From NCBI RefSeq assembly GCF_004376175.1, contig NZ_SNUY01000015.1, positions 1-32,000 on the forward strand: a stretch of 32,000 nt of DNA. Direction: 5' to 3'. This DNA comes from Halalkalibacterium halodurans (GTDB lineage Bacteria > Bacillota > Bacilli > Bacillales > Bacillaceae_D). Each line of letters opens with the position of its first letter. The first letter of the stretch is position 1. Position numbers and translations under genes: made by a program. The notes under the pieces were generated by a model. The model saw only the letters and a list, made by a program, of their open reading frames with translations, was not told the DNA's origin and did not search any database. Shown here piece by piece: positions 8,371 through 17,512 of the stretch.

Positions 8371-9552
8371 ATGGATCAGAAAGCGACAATATTTATTAAC
8401 GGGATCATTTATACCTCGTTATTTGTCACATGGCTATTTTTGTTTGCTACAAATCCGGACCACCAGCTACACCTTTCACTTCTATGGCTTGGTTACACAC
8501 TAATTTATTTCGTCCGTCACCACAGGCATTACTCTTTAAGCAATCAAGTGATCGTTTTTCTTATGCTTTTGCAGTTACTCCTAGCTTTTTTCATCACCGC
8601 GATCGACGGCTCCTTTGTGCCACAAATTCTTTTATTCATCATCATTGCAGAAAGTGCCTTTTTGATGAATAAAAGAGTCAGCATTCCAATTGCGATCATC
8701 GCCTATGGGTGTTTTGTTGTTGGAGTCGCTGTCAACCTTCATTTTCCTAGCTTCTCAGAGCTTTTGTTTGTCATTCCAAGGTTGTTAGAATACATACTTT
8801 TTTTCGGGTTTAGTTATATATCCAAAATAACAATTGAACAAAAAGAGCAGCTAAACCTTGCCTATGAACGATTATCCTCCGCGGGGAAAGAACTAGAGAA
8901 AAAGACGTTAATGGAAGAACGGGTTCGCCTATCACGGGAAATTCATGATACGATTGGCCATACGTTAACGACCGCGATTGTCGGACTTGAGTCGGTCAAA
9001 CGATTGCTCCAACATCAGCGCACGGAAGAAGCCTTTGAAAAACTAACAAAAGCGCAGGAACATATTAAAAAAGGACTTGCTGAAGTACGTCGTTCCGTTA
9101 AAACCCTACATGAAAAACCTTCGTTTCTTCAATTCGTCCCGAGTTTGGAAGCTCTCGCAAAAGAAACGAGTGAAAGCACAGGAGTTAGTATTCATTGTCA
9201 TATCGGTGATTTGCCAAAGTTAACACCTGAACAGGAGCTCACCCTTTTTCGAGCGTTTCAAGAAGGGTTAACTAACGGAATACGCCACGGACAGAGCACT
9301 GAATTTTTTTTCACATTAGAAGCGAAAGACGAGCGAATTTGGTTTGAGCTCATTGATAACGGGCAAACGACTACTCCGATTAAACCTGGATTTGGTTTAA
9401 CGATGATGAACGACCGCGTCCAAAGTCTCGGAGGCGAAATTCACATTAGCCGCCATGGTTCAGGAGGGGTCCATTTAGGAATCACTCTACCTATGACGAA
9501 ACCAATTGATGGCGATTCCTCTGATAAAGTAGCTTCAACACGAGAGGATTGA
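8371..9552 (+). CDS. Sensor histidine kinase, HisKA_3/NarL-partner type, intramembrane-sensing (about 5 TM, no extracytoplasmic domain)
   Basis: The H-box is RVRLSREIHDTIGHTLT (HisKA_3). The HATPase_c blocks are EGLTNGIRHG, LIDNG and GFGLTMMNDRVQSLGG. The N-terminal about 165 aa is hydrophobic. The RBS AGGAGGTG lies 7 nt before ATG 8371. Confidence 0.85.
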   Translation: MDQKATIFINGIIYTSLFVTWLFLFATNPDHQLHLSLLWLGYTLIYFVRHHRHYSLSNQVIVFLMLLQLLLAFFITAIDGSFVPQILLFIIIAESAFLMNKRVSIPIAIIAYGCFVVGVAVNLHFPSFSELLFVIPRLLEYILFFGFSYISKITIEQKEQLNLAYERLSSAGKELEKKTLMEERVRLSREIHDTIGHTLTTAIVGLESVKRLLQHQRTEEAFEKLTKAQEHIKKGLAEVRRSVKTLHEKPSFLQFVPSLEALAKETSESTGVSIHCHIGDLPKLTPEQELTLFRAFQEGLTNGIRHGQSTEFFFTLEAKDERIWFELIDNGQTTTPIKPGFGLTMMNDRVQSLGGEIHISRHGSGGVHLGITLPMTKPIDGDSSDKVASTRED

Positions 9553-9625
9553 TATCTTTACCATTAATCCTTTTCGGTTGCGCTAGAGATCTTTATTTTT
9601 ATAGTTACATGACTGCTTACAAAGA

Positions 9626-9657
9626 GATTCGCCTGCCTTCTGAAAGGCAAGCGAATC
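9626..9657 (+). terminator. Probable terminator after the kinase gene
   Basis: GATTCGCCTGCCTT-ctga-AAGGCAAGCGAATC forms a 14-bp stem with one mismatch. It is followed by a T-rich tract (CTCTTATTCTTTCTTTTCC) rather than a clean U-run. Confidence 0.5.
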
Positions 9658-9756
9658 ACCTCTTATTCTTTCTTTTCCTGTATACGTCAAACAAGATCCT
9701 ATCCCCCATATTTACCCAATTTCTATCATCTTTTGATTGTTTCATTAAGTCATATA

Positions 9757-9785
9757 TGTTAACATATTTTCTAAACTGGTTAACA
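9757..9785. promoter_or_regulatory. BirA operator (bioO)
   Basis: TGTTAAC-N15-GTTAACA is the inverted repeat typical of Bacillus-type BirA sites. It sits immediately upstream of the bioD RBS and abuts TATAAT at 9786-9791. Confidence 0.75.
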
Positions 9786-9806
9786 TATAATCGGGAGGTG
9801 GTCATT

Positions 9807-10526
9807 ATTCGTTCGTTTTTTATTACAGGAACAGATACTGATGTTGGAAAAACCGTTGTGACCTCTTTACTTACTCGTTTCCTCATCGACATGGGTGTAA
9901 ACGCTTTTCCATACAAACCGGTTCAATCTGGAGCTACTACTAATGGAGCTCGTATGATCCCGCCCGACGCTCAAATGTACCAGCTCGTCCGCCCTGAATT
10001 TGACGTAACCGACTTTAATACATACTTATTAGAAAAGCCGTGCTCTCCCCATTTGGCTGCTGATCTAGCAAACACAACGCTAGATCGGTCCGTCATCATG
10101 AAACAAGTGCATCAATTGGAAGAAACGTATGATGCTGTCCTCATAGAAGGCGCAGGGGGGGTGTATGTTCCGCTTACGAATGATGGGTATTGCTACATAG
10201 ACTTTATGGAAGAGCTTAACGTTCCTACGATTCTCGTTTCCGCTTTACGAGTTGGCACGATCAATCATACGGTCCTTGCCATTGAAGCCATGAAAGGTCG
10301 CAATCTACCAATTGCCGGCATTATCTTTAATCAACTACAAATAGGGGACCCAGTGATTGAGCAGTCCAATGTAGAGACGATTAAACAACTAACGGACACT
10401 CCCATTCTCGGGATTGTTCCATATTCGCCTGACATTCATACGGTGCTTGCCGATGACAAATTACGGAGACACCTATATAAAGATTGGGATAAACGACGAT
10501 TCAAGGAGTTGATTCACAGTGACTAG
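9807..10526 (+). CDS. bioD: Dethiobiotin synthetase
   Basis: It has the P-loop [15 protein letters not shown] and the family block AVLIEGAGG. The start is uncertain: the RBS GGGAGG (9793-9798) is followed only by ATT codons (9804, 9807) at a suitable spacing. GTG 9798 overlaps the RBS, and ATG 9756 lies inside the BirA operator and has no RBS. Confidence 0.8.
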   Translation: MRSFFITGTDTDVGKTVVTSLLTRFLIDMGVNAFPYKPVQSGATTNGARMIPPDAQMYQLVRPEFDVTDFNTYLLEKPCSPHLAADLANTTLDRSVIMKQVHQLEETYDAVLIEGAGGVYVPLTNDGYCYIDFMEELNVPTILVSALRVGTINHTVLAIEAMKGRNLPIAGIIFNQLQIGDPVIEQSNVETIKQLTDTPILGIVPYSPDIHTVLADDKLRRHLYKDWDKRRFKELIHSD

Positions 10527-11877
10527 CAACGATCTCTTAGCGAAAAGTAAAAAGCACTTATGGCTCCCCTTCACCCAAATGAGTGACTACGAAAAAGACC
10601 CCCTTATTATCGAAAGCGGAAACGGTGTCTATTTAAAGGATATTGAAGGAAACACCTATTTAGACGGATACTCTTCCCTATGGCTTAACGTTCATGGTCA
10701 TCGGAAAAAGGAAATTGATGAAGCGATTGAAAAGCAGCTTCAGTTGATTGCACACTCGACGTTACTCGGAGCAGCTAATATCCCTTCGATACAACTTGCG
10801 GAAAAATTAGTTGAGCTCGCTCCTGAAGCGATCACACGGGTGTTTTACTCCGATAGCGGCGCTGAAGCTGTAGAAATTGCGGTAAAAATGGCTTATCAAT
10901 ACTGGCAAAATCGTGGATACGAAAACAAGAAATCATTTGTTACATTAAGCAACGGCTACCATGGGGATACGGTCGGTACAATGAGTGTCGGGTCCATTGA
11001 ACTCTACCACAAGGTATATACCTCGCTCCTATTTGATGCCATTGTTATCCCATTTCCTTCCTCTCGTCAGGAGGAGCAAACCGAATCAGACCTTTGCCGT
11101 GAAAGCCTTAAGCAACTCCGTGAGCTTTTTGAAGCGAAGCACGAAGAAATTGCCGGCATTACGGTGGAAGCACTTATTCAAGGTGCAGGTGGTATGAATC
11201 TCATGCCCAAAGGCTATTTAAAAGGGGTCGAACAATTGTGCAAGGAGTTTCATATTTTACTCATTGTTGATGAAGTCGCCACTGGCTTTGGTCGCACGGG
11301 GAAAATGTTTGCCGTTGAGCACGAAAACGTCCAGCCTGATATCATGACCGTCGCAAAAGGGATTACGGGTGGCTACCTCCCAATTGCAGCTACCCTTACA
11401 CAAGAACATATTTACGAAGCGTTTTACGGAGAGTATACAGATTTAAAAACATTTTTTCACGGCCATTCCTATACAGGAAACCAGCTTGGTTGTGCCGCCG
11501 CATTAGCTAATCTTGAAATCTTTGAAAAAGAGAACATCATCCAACAAGTGGAAGAAAAAGCCTTGTTTTTAGAAGAGCAGCTTAAACACGTTGCTGAGCT
11601 TGAATTTGTCGGTGCCGTCCGACAATTAGGGCTTATGTGCGGAATTGAACTCGTTCAGCATAAACGAACAAACGAGCCATTCCCCTGGGAACAACGTGTC
11701 GCTTACCGATCCACATTAAAAATGCGAGCCCTCGGGATGCTTACGCGACCTCTTGGAGATGTTATCGTTTTAATGCCTCCTCTTGCAGCAACGAATGACC
11801 AATTAAAGCAAATGGTCGATATTATGAAGGAAGGAATAATGGAAGCGGCGACTGAATGTTTAGAGCAACAAGTTTAG
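10519..11877 (+). CDS. bioA: Adenosylmethionine-8-amino-7-oxononanoate aminotransferase
   Basis: The fold is a class-III aminotransferase ([34 protein letters not shown] with the PLP lysine), and the N-terminus HLWLPFTQM is typical of BioA. The GTG start follows AAGGAG and overlaps the bioD stop by 8 nt. Confidence 0.85.
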   Translation: MTSNDLLAKSKKHLWLPFTQMSDYEKDPLIIESGNGVYLKDIEGNTYLDGYSSLWLNVHGHRKKEIDEAIEKQLQLIAHSTLLGAANIPSIQLAEKLVELAPEAITRVFYSDSGAEAVEIAVKMAYQYWQNRGYENKKSFVTLSNGYHGDTVGTMSVGSIELYHKVYTSLLFDAIVIPFPSSRQEEQTESDLCRESLKQLRELFEAKHEEIAGITVEALIQGAGGMNLMPKGYLKGVEQLCKEFHILLIVDEVATGFGRTGKMFAVEHENVQPDIMTVAKGITGGYLPIAATLTQEHIYEAFYGEYTDLKTFFHGHSYTGNQLGCAAALANLEIFEKENIIQQVEEKALFLEEQLKHVAELEFVGAVRQLGLMCGIELVQHKRTNEPFPWEQRVAYRSTLKMRALGMLTRPLGDVIVLMPPLAATNDQLKQMVDIMKEGIMEAATECLEQQV

Positions 11878-11893
11878 CTAATTAGAAAAACTT

Positions 11894-11920
11894 CGATCAC
11901 GAGCGAAATTGATCGTTTTT
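11894..11920 (+). terminator. Weak terminator after bioA
   Basis: CGATCA-N10-TGATCG followed by TTTTT. Confidence 0.4.
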
Positions 11921-11930
11921 CACAAAACGC

Positions 11931-11973
11931 AAAAAAGCTAATACCTCTTCAAGCGAGAAGGTATTAGCTTTTT
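11931..11973. terminator. Bidirectional rho-independent terminator between convergent bioA and the antiterminator gene
   Basis: AAAAAA-AGCTAATACCT-tcttcaagcgaga-AGGTATTAGCT-TTTT: an 11-bp perfect stem flanked by an A-run and a T-run. Confidence 0.8.
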
Positions 11974-11976
11974 CGT

Positions 11977-12807
11977 TTATCGATGGATGACTCGATCAAT
12001 ATGGATCGTCAAATAGAGCATTTCTTCGTTTGTCAATTCATAATCGTACTGCTTTTTAATGTATTCTTTAATTTTCTCGGTGCAGGCAAATGAGTCTTTA
12101 TGTTTTTCCTTTACGATATCGAAAAATGTATCATCATCACTGCTTAAAAATGTTCGATTGATTAACCGTTGGCAGAAAAACTTCAAGTGAGTAATAAACC
12201 TGAAGTAGTTTAACGAGTCTTCATCTAAATCTGTGTTAAAATGATATTTAACAATTTTTAGAATGTGCTTCGTTAATTTCGTAATGTTGATCACGTTTGG
12301 CACTTCTTCATTCAACTCGGCATTAACGATATGGAGAGCAATAAACGCAGCTTCATCCTCAGGCAGTGTAATTCCTAGCTTTTTCTCGATAATTTCGATT
12401 GCATGTTGACCGATGGCAAACTCATCTTGGTAAAGCTTACGAATTTCCCAAAGAAGCGCGTTTTTGATTTCATAACCTTTTTTCACCCGTTCAATCGCGA
12501 AGTTTATATGGTCAGTGAGCGCTACATAAATAATGTCATTTAAATCTTTTTTATAGGCCATCTTCGCATGTTGAATGATTTGTTCCGTTACTTCCATCAC
12601 TTCAATCGGTACTTCGCGCAGGAGGGTACGAAACCGCTCGGTCGTCTCTTGACTGTTTAACGTAAAGATCTTTTCGATTTTCGTCTTGTCTACAGGATCA
12701 CCAGATTTCGCTTGAAAACCAATACCTTTCCCCATAATAATCAATTCTTTTTGCTGTTCATTGATTACGCTAATGACGTTATTGTTTATAATTTTTGCGA
12801 TTTTCAC
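11977..12807 (-). CDS. BglG/LicT/SacY-family PRD-containing transcription antiterminator
   Basis: The N-terminal CAT domain is KIAKIINNNVISVINEQQKELIIMGKGIGFQ, followed by two PRD-like halves (IALTDHINFAIER..., FITHLKFFCQR...). The GTG start at 12807 follows GGTGAGG. Confidence 0.85.
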   Translation of the reverse strand: MKIAKIINNNVISVINEQQKELIIMGKGIGFQAKSGDPVDKTKIEKIFTLNSQETTERFRTLLREVPIEVMEVTEQIIQHAKMAYKKDLNDIIYVALTDHINFAIERVKKGYEIKNALLWEIRKLYQDEFAIGQHAIEIIEKKLGITLPEDEAAFIALHIVNAELNEEVPNVINITKLTKHILKIVKYHFNTDLDEDSLNYFRFITHLKFFCQRLINRTFLSSDDDTFFDIVKEKHKDSFACTEKIKEYIKKQYDYELTNEEMLYLTIHIDRVIHR

Positions 12808-12987
12808 TGACCTCACCTGCTCTCAAGTCATTCTCACCATCTACCTAATCTCCATGTTAAAAGGGTTACAGAAAGCGTTTTGCCTTTAACTTTTCCTCAT
12901 TATACATCATTTCCTTTTTAAGACCTAGTTCTTTAGTGAATCGTAAGACCTATTAATCAAAACGATCATTCATAAGATTTTCCCAAT

Positions 12988-13016
12988 AAAAAACAGCGAT
13001 GATTAACACCGCTGCT
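12988..13016 (-). terminator. Terminator after the SorC-family regulator gene
   Basis: The minus strand reads AGCAGCG-gtgttaatcat-CGCTGTT followed by a T-run. It begins 8 nt after the stop at 13024. Confidence 0.6.
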
Positions 13017-13023
13017 TCACTTA

Positions 13024-13974
13024 TTATCCAATTGCATTTATTAACGACTGTGCGGTTGAATCGTCTGTCACTAGTACGTCTAAATACCCACCCTTTAACG
13101 CAGCTTCAACGCTATCGACTTTATGGGCTCCTTCCGAGACACCGATCACGATGGGGATGCGTTTTAGTTCGTCAAGATCGATTCCGATGACGAGCTCGTT
13201 TAGCGGATGATCGATGGGTTGGCCTAGCGCATCGTAAAAGCGAGAGCTCATATCACCAACAGCACCGATTTTCTTTAATGTGGCAATGTCTTCTTCCTTC
13301 AAATAGTTCATAACCTTCATGGTAGAACCTTTAAAAGGGCTACCGATCCCGACGACGGCCATTTTTACATTGCGCCCTTCCTCCAATACGGAGGCAATGT
13401 CTTCTGACTGGATGAGTCGTTCCTTTAGTTCTTTCGCCTCCACCATTGCTGGAGCATAAAGATACGAACACTCACAGTTCATTTTTTTTGCTAATTCGTA
13501 GGCTAACAAGTTCGAATGAAGCTCAACAAATTTCCGTCCCATTCCTCCCACGAGCGGAATTACTTTCAGCTCTCGGTGCTGTTCATACGGGTATTCTTGC
13601 ACAAAGCTCGAAACAGTCGTTCCCCAAGAAATGCCAATGGAATCCATTCCTTTTATATTTTTTGAAACATAATAGGATGTGGCTTTTCCGATCGCCCTTT
13701 TAATCATATCTTGCGTTAATCCAGACGTTGGAACGACGATAGCCTCTTTGAGATGGTATTTCTTTTCAAGCCTTTGTTCTAATTCCACCGTATGAATATT
13801 TTCATCTTTAATATAAATCTCAACAATTCCTTGTTCCTTTGCTTTATTTAATAGCTTCGAAATGACCGGACGTGAAACCCCTATTTTCTTCGCAACTTGT
13901 GCTTGTGTCCATCCTTCAAAATAATACAAGCTCGCCACTTTGACAATGAGTCTGCGCTCTTCCCAGTTTACCAT
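13024..13974 (-). CDS. SorC/DeoR(CggR)-family sugar-binding transcriptional regulator
   Basis: The N-terminal HTH is LIVKVASLYYFEGWTQAQVAKKIGVSRPVISKLL, and the C-terminal sugar-phosphate-binding domain contains GISWGTT and VVGIGSP. ATG 13974 is 6 nt after GGAAGGG; ATG 13980 is the alternative start. Confidence 0.8.
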   Translation of the reverse strand: MVNWEERRLIVKVASLYYFEGWTQAQVAKKIGVSRPVISKLLNKAKEQGIVEIYIKDENIHTVELEQRLEKKYHLKEAIVVPTSGLTQDMIKRAIGKATSYYVSKNIKGMDSIGISWGTTVSSFVQEYPYEQHRELKVIPLVGGMGRKFVELHSNLLAYELAKKMNCECSYLYAPAMVEAKELKERLIQSEDIASVLEEGRNVKMAVVGIGSPFKGSTMKVMNYLKEEDIATLKKIGAVGDMSSRFYDALGQPIDHPLNELVIGIDLDELKRIPIVIGVSEGAHKVDSVEAALKGGYLDVLVTDDSTAQSLINAIG

Positions 13975-14015
13975 CTTCATCCCTTCCCACTTTCATCTCG
14001 CACCCGTTTTCACTA

Positions 14016-14024
14016 ATTATACCA
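14016..14024 (-). promoter_or_regulatory. Extended -10 element (TGgTATAAT) upstream of the SorC-family gene
   Basis: The minus strand reads CTGGTATAAT, about 35 nt upstream of the start codon, inside the 82-nt gap after the E3 gene. Confidence 0.35.
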
Positions 14025-14062
14025 GTAATCGCAAACGAGTATCTACCCATGCTCGTTTCAAT

Positions 14063-15451
14063 TTATGGTTGGTGGACCCCTTGTCCGAGCCAGCTAGCAG
14101 CAGTTTCATAAAGAGCCTCCGACACTGTCGGGTGTGGATGAATCATCGCTTTTAATTCGTCAACCGTCCCTTCTAAATGGATGAAAGCAGCCGGTTCTCC
14201 TATCATCTCTGTCACATGGGGACCGACCATCGTAACCCCTAAAATTTCCCCATAATTAGGGTCGGCAATCATTTTGACGAATCCAGTCGTTTCCCCTAAA
14301 GCCATCGCTTTACCATTCGCTCGAAGATCGACTTTTACAACTTTATATGAATAGCCCTTCTCTTTCGCCTCTTGCTCTGTCAAGCCGACACTCGCGATCT
14401 CCGGTTGTGTATAAATACAGCGCGGGATGACTTGACGATTAATGATTTCCACCTTCCCGCTAGCGTTAGCGGCTGCAACAAGTCCTTCAGCACTTGCCAC
14501 GTGGGCTAGCTGCCAGCCACCAATCACATCACCGATCGCGTAAATCGATGGATCACTCGTCCTCATCTGATCATCCACTTTAAGAAACGGACCTGCCATG
14601 CCCAATCCTAGCTCCTTAACCGCTGAAAGATTTGGTGTGCGTCCAACCGCCAGCAAAATCCGCTCCCCCTCCAGCCAGTCTCGGTCTCCGGTGCTCGTTT
14701 CAATCTCCACCTTCTGTTTATCACCTTGGAGCACCGCTGTTACTTTCGTGTTTGTCAAAAGATGGACACCTTTTGCTGCCAAAGCTTTTGCCAATACTTT
14801 AGCTGCTTCCTCATCCTCTTGTGGCAATATTCGCTTGCCCATTTCGACGATCGTTACATCAACTTGCAAACTAGAAAAAATGCAGGCAATCTCCACACCG
14901 ATCACACCCCCGCCAATAATGACAATCGATTGGGGAATCGAATCGAGTTCAAAAATCGTATCACTCGTGTCAACAACCGCCTCTGCTAATCCAGGAACAG
15001 GGGGAATGGTTGGCTCAGTTCCAGTCGCCACAATAATATTTTCTGTCCTTACACTGACGATTTCTGCTGTTTCTTTCATTTTGATCTTGACTGAATGATC
15101 TCGCTCTATTTTCCCATAACCAAAGTAAACATCAATCTTACCTTGTTTCAGTAAGAAATGGATCCCCGCTCGAAGCTTTTGTATGATTTCATTTTTTCGC
15201 ACAAGCATTTTCGGCAAAGATAACGTGACAGCCCCTGTTTCAATTCCCCATTCCTTCGCCTGCTTGATTTTCTCTATGATCTCTCCTTGATGAAGTAATG
15301 TTTTAGAAGGGATACAGCCGCGATTTAAGCACGTACCTCCAAGATCTTTTGCTTCCACAAGCGCGACTTTCTTTCCTAATTTCGCCGCTTTTATCGCAGC
15401 CACATAACCTCCAGGTCCTCCTCCGATCACCACAATGTCATAGCTCTTCAC
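14063..15451 (-). CDS. lpdA: Dihydrolipoyl dehydrogenase (E3 component)
   Basis: It has the FAD motif VVIGGGPGGY, the redox disulfide GTCLNRGCIPSK, the NAD motif IIGGGVIGVE, and the C-terminal HPHPTVSEAL. The start is GTG. Confidence 0.9.
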   Translation of the reverse strand: MKSYDIVVIGGGPGGYVAAIKAAKLGKKVALVEAKDLGGTCLNRGCIPSKTLLHQGEIIEKIKQAKEWGIETGAVTLSLPKMLVRKNEIIQKLRAGIHFLLKQGKIDVYFGYGKIERDHSVKIKMKETAEIVSVRTENIIVATGTEPTIPPVPGLAEAVVDTSDTIFELDSIPQSIVIIGGGVIGVEIACIFSSLQVDVTIVEMGKRILPQEDEEAAKVLAKALAAKGVHLLTNTKVTAVLQGDKQKVEIETSTGDRDWLEGERILLAVGRTPNLSAVKELGLGMAGPFLKVDDQMRTSDPSIYAIGDVIGGWQLAHVASAEGLVAAANASGKVEIINRQVIPRCIYTQPEIASVGLTEQEAKEKGYSYKVVKVDLRANGKAMALGETTGFVKMIADPNYGEILGVTMVGPHVTEMIGEPAAFIHLEGTVDELKAMIHPHPTVSEALYETAASWLGQGVHQP

Positions 15452-15464
15452 TCTTATCGACCCC

Positions 15465-16061
15465 TTACATCAGTAGTTGAAATGGCTGCTCTAGCATGGA
15501 TTTCACGTCTGTTAAAAAGGCCGCCGCCGGAGCTCCATCAATGACACGATGATCGAATGATAAACTAGCAGTCATCATCGGGCGAAGCTCAATCTGGCCG
15601 TCTATCCCTACCGGCTTTTCTTGAATTCTACCTACACCTAAAATCGCGGATTCCGGTTGATTGATAACTGGTGTAAAGACGTCAATTGCATACATTCCTA
15701 AATTGCTGATCGTAAACGTGCCACCGCTCATCATTTCTTGTGAAAGTCGATTGTCTCTAGCTGCCATAGCTACTGTTTTACACTCGTTTGTTAATTGGGC
15801 CAGTCCTTTTTTGTCTACATGCTTAACGACTGGGACGACCAATCCTCTTTCAACTGCTACGGCTAAACCGATATGCACGTCTTCATGGTAGACGATTTCA
15901 TCCTCAAAGAAAGAGGCATTAATGGCAGGGTGACTCATTAGCGCGTGAGCAACCGCCTTCATCACAATTTCTGTATAGGACAAACGGTAGCCTGTCTGTT
16001 GTTCAATCATCCCTAACAGTTGTGAACGGATTAACGCATGGCAAAGAATTCTATGCCGCAT
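15465..16061 (-). pseudogene. 2-oxoacid dehydrogenase E2 acyltransferase, catalytic domain only (5'-truncated)
   Basis: Only the C-terminal catalytic domain is present (SFDHRVIDGAPAAAFL active-site block, GGTFTISNLG). The lipoyl and E3-binding domains, and any E1 genes, are absent. The reading frame collides with an opposite-strand gene fragment at about 16022-16061. Confidence 0.75.
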
Positions 16062-16507
16062 TGCAACAAGAAAAACCGGAAGCTACAGACGTGATGTACG
16101 AAGGCTTCATGACGTATTTAGACGTACACACAGCCAATCAGCTCCTATTATTTATCGGGCTTTTTATCGCGTTGTTATTTTTCCTTGCCAATGGAAGTCT
16201 CATCTACTTTAAGCTGTTTACTGAATTAGAGGACGATCGGCAAATGTTTTTGATTTTAAGGAAAGTCGGCATGTCGGATCAAGAGATACGACGGGTTTTG
16301 ACGATACAATTGGCCATTCTCTTTTTTCTTCCTGTTCTTGTTGGGACGATCCATACGTTATTTGCCTTTAATAGCGCCCGTGCCGCTTTGTTTGCATCAA
16401 CCGTTTGGCAAACTGGTTCGTTTGCAATTGTCCTCTATTTCCTGTTCCAACTCATCTATTTTCTTCTCGCTCGGACGGTTTATACGAAAAAAGTACTTCG
16501 CTCGTAA
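16022..16507 (+). pseudogene. BceB/FtsX-family ABC transporter permease, C-terminal fragment (5'-truncated)
   Basis: The 161-aa ORF matches only the last FtsX module of these permeases (about 620-650 aa from memory): FKLFTELEDDRQMFLILRKVGMSDQEIRRVL, then three TM segments. There is no upstream ATPase gene, no RBS and no N-terminal TM segments. Confidence 0.65.
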
Positions 16508-16603
16508 GAAAAGCATCCGAGACTACCGGAAACTAGCCACGAGCGATGGCATTGATGGTGAGTTTCCCTTACTTATTTACAAAAAATCCCCCTTTCTCAA
16601 CAA

Positions 16604-17233
16604 TTAATGTGTGGAAGGGGATTTCCTCTTCATTAAATCATTCACTTTCTTGTAATCTTCGCAAGTATCCACATCCACAAGGACCCCTTGATCATGAACA
16701 GGAATAAGCATCCTCTCCAATTCCTCCATGAGTGTCTTTCCTCCTTTATCTCCGTTCACAGCTGAGCAATCCAGAGCGTGAATATTTCCCCAGTATACCG
16801 GATGCCCCTCTTTCTTCTCATACATGGGGCGAACAATAAAGGGCTCTTCTTGAACACGAGTTATCCCTTCATTCAACACTATGTTAACTGTTTCCTTTTC
16901 GATCAATGGTTGATCGGCAAGAAACATCATCACGGCGTCCCCATACTGTCTTGCTTGCTCCATCGCTAGCTTAAACGATGTGCTCTGTCCTTGCTTATAT
17001 TGGTCATTGACCAGCCATTGGACTCGCTTATCTTCCACTTGAATCATCTTCATTACTATGTCCGCCTGATGACCGACGATGACAAAAATGTGTTGAAATG
17101 GGTGGTTGCTCACTTGATCAATTACGTACTTTAGCATGTATGTCCCTTGTATTTTGGCTAACTGTTTCATTTCGTTCATTCTCGTCGATGTGCCTGCAGC
17201 TAAAATGGCGGCGCTAACCGATGGTTTCATCAT
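16604..17233 (-). CDS. MocA/PucB-like nucleotidyltransferase (molybdenum cofactor cytidylyltransferase family)
   Basis: The N-terminus AAILAAGTSTRMNEMKQL (NTP_transf_3 G-rich loop) and the about 200-aa size fit the family. Confidence 0.65.
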   Translation of the reverse strand: MMKPSVSAAILAAGTSTRMNEMKQLAKIQGTYMLKYVIDQVSNHPFQHIFVIVGHQADIVMKMIQVEDKRVQWLVNDQYKQGQSTSFKLAMEQARQYGDAVMMFLADQPLIEKETVNIVLNEGITRVQEEPFIVRPMYEKKEGHPVYWGNIHALDCSAVNGDKGGKTLMEELERMLIPVHDQGVLVDVDTCEDYKKVNDLMKRKSPSTH

Positions 17234-17512
17234 TACCGTTCACTTCCTACAGTAAACTATGTTTCTCTTTGGAGAACGTTCTCCTCTTCACGCGAGCTTG
17301 AATGAGTTGGGCCATGATGCTGATACTAATTTCCTCTGCTCCTTCCGCGTGAAATTTGTCGCTAAGGTCTCTGCTCGCGAGTCTGTTTCATCGCAAACCG
17401 TTCGAATCACTTCATCACAAGATTTCCCCTCGTTTTTCCCTTCTATTCGCTACCACACCACACAACTACTGTGATAGATTTTCTTCATTTTGATTTTCAT
17501 TTAATAAAACTA

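Noticed and set aside
9549-9806. The 5' extension of the tracked 325-aa ORF containing bioD
   Set aside because: The extension overlaps the kinase stop and reads through a terminator-like hairpin (9626-9657) and the BirA operator (9757-9785). It has no RBS, and BioD homology starts only at about 9810.
12863-12887. A RAT-like motif (AGGCAAAACG...CTGTAACCC) upstream of the LicT-type gene
   Set aside because: The two RAT-like halves occur in the wrong order and orientation, cannot form the RAT hairpin, and do not overlap any terminator.
14598-15098. A 166-aa plus-strand ORF (and the nested ORF 14726..14989) inside the E3 gene
   Set aside because: These are antisense shadow ORFs of a well-supported gene, with low-complexity Ser/Thr/Pro-rich translations and no RBS. 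The same applies to 711..980, 1163..1474, 4314..4652, 5416..5783, 15661..15891, 19810..20118, 20688..21728, 24249..24734, 27316..27603 and 29825..30640.
17259-17474. A 71-aa plus-strand ORF in the gap between the deaminase and the MocA-like gene
   Set aside because: It has no RBS, runs opposite to both neighbours, and has an unremarkable composition. The gap is reported as unassigned instead.
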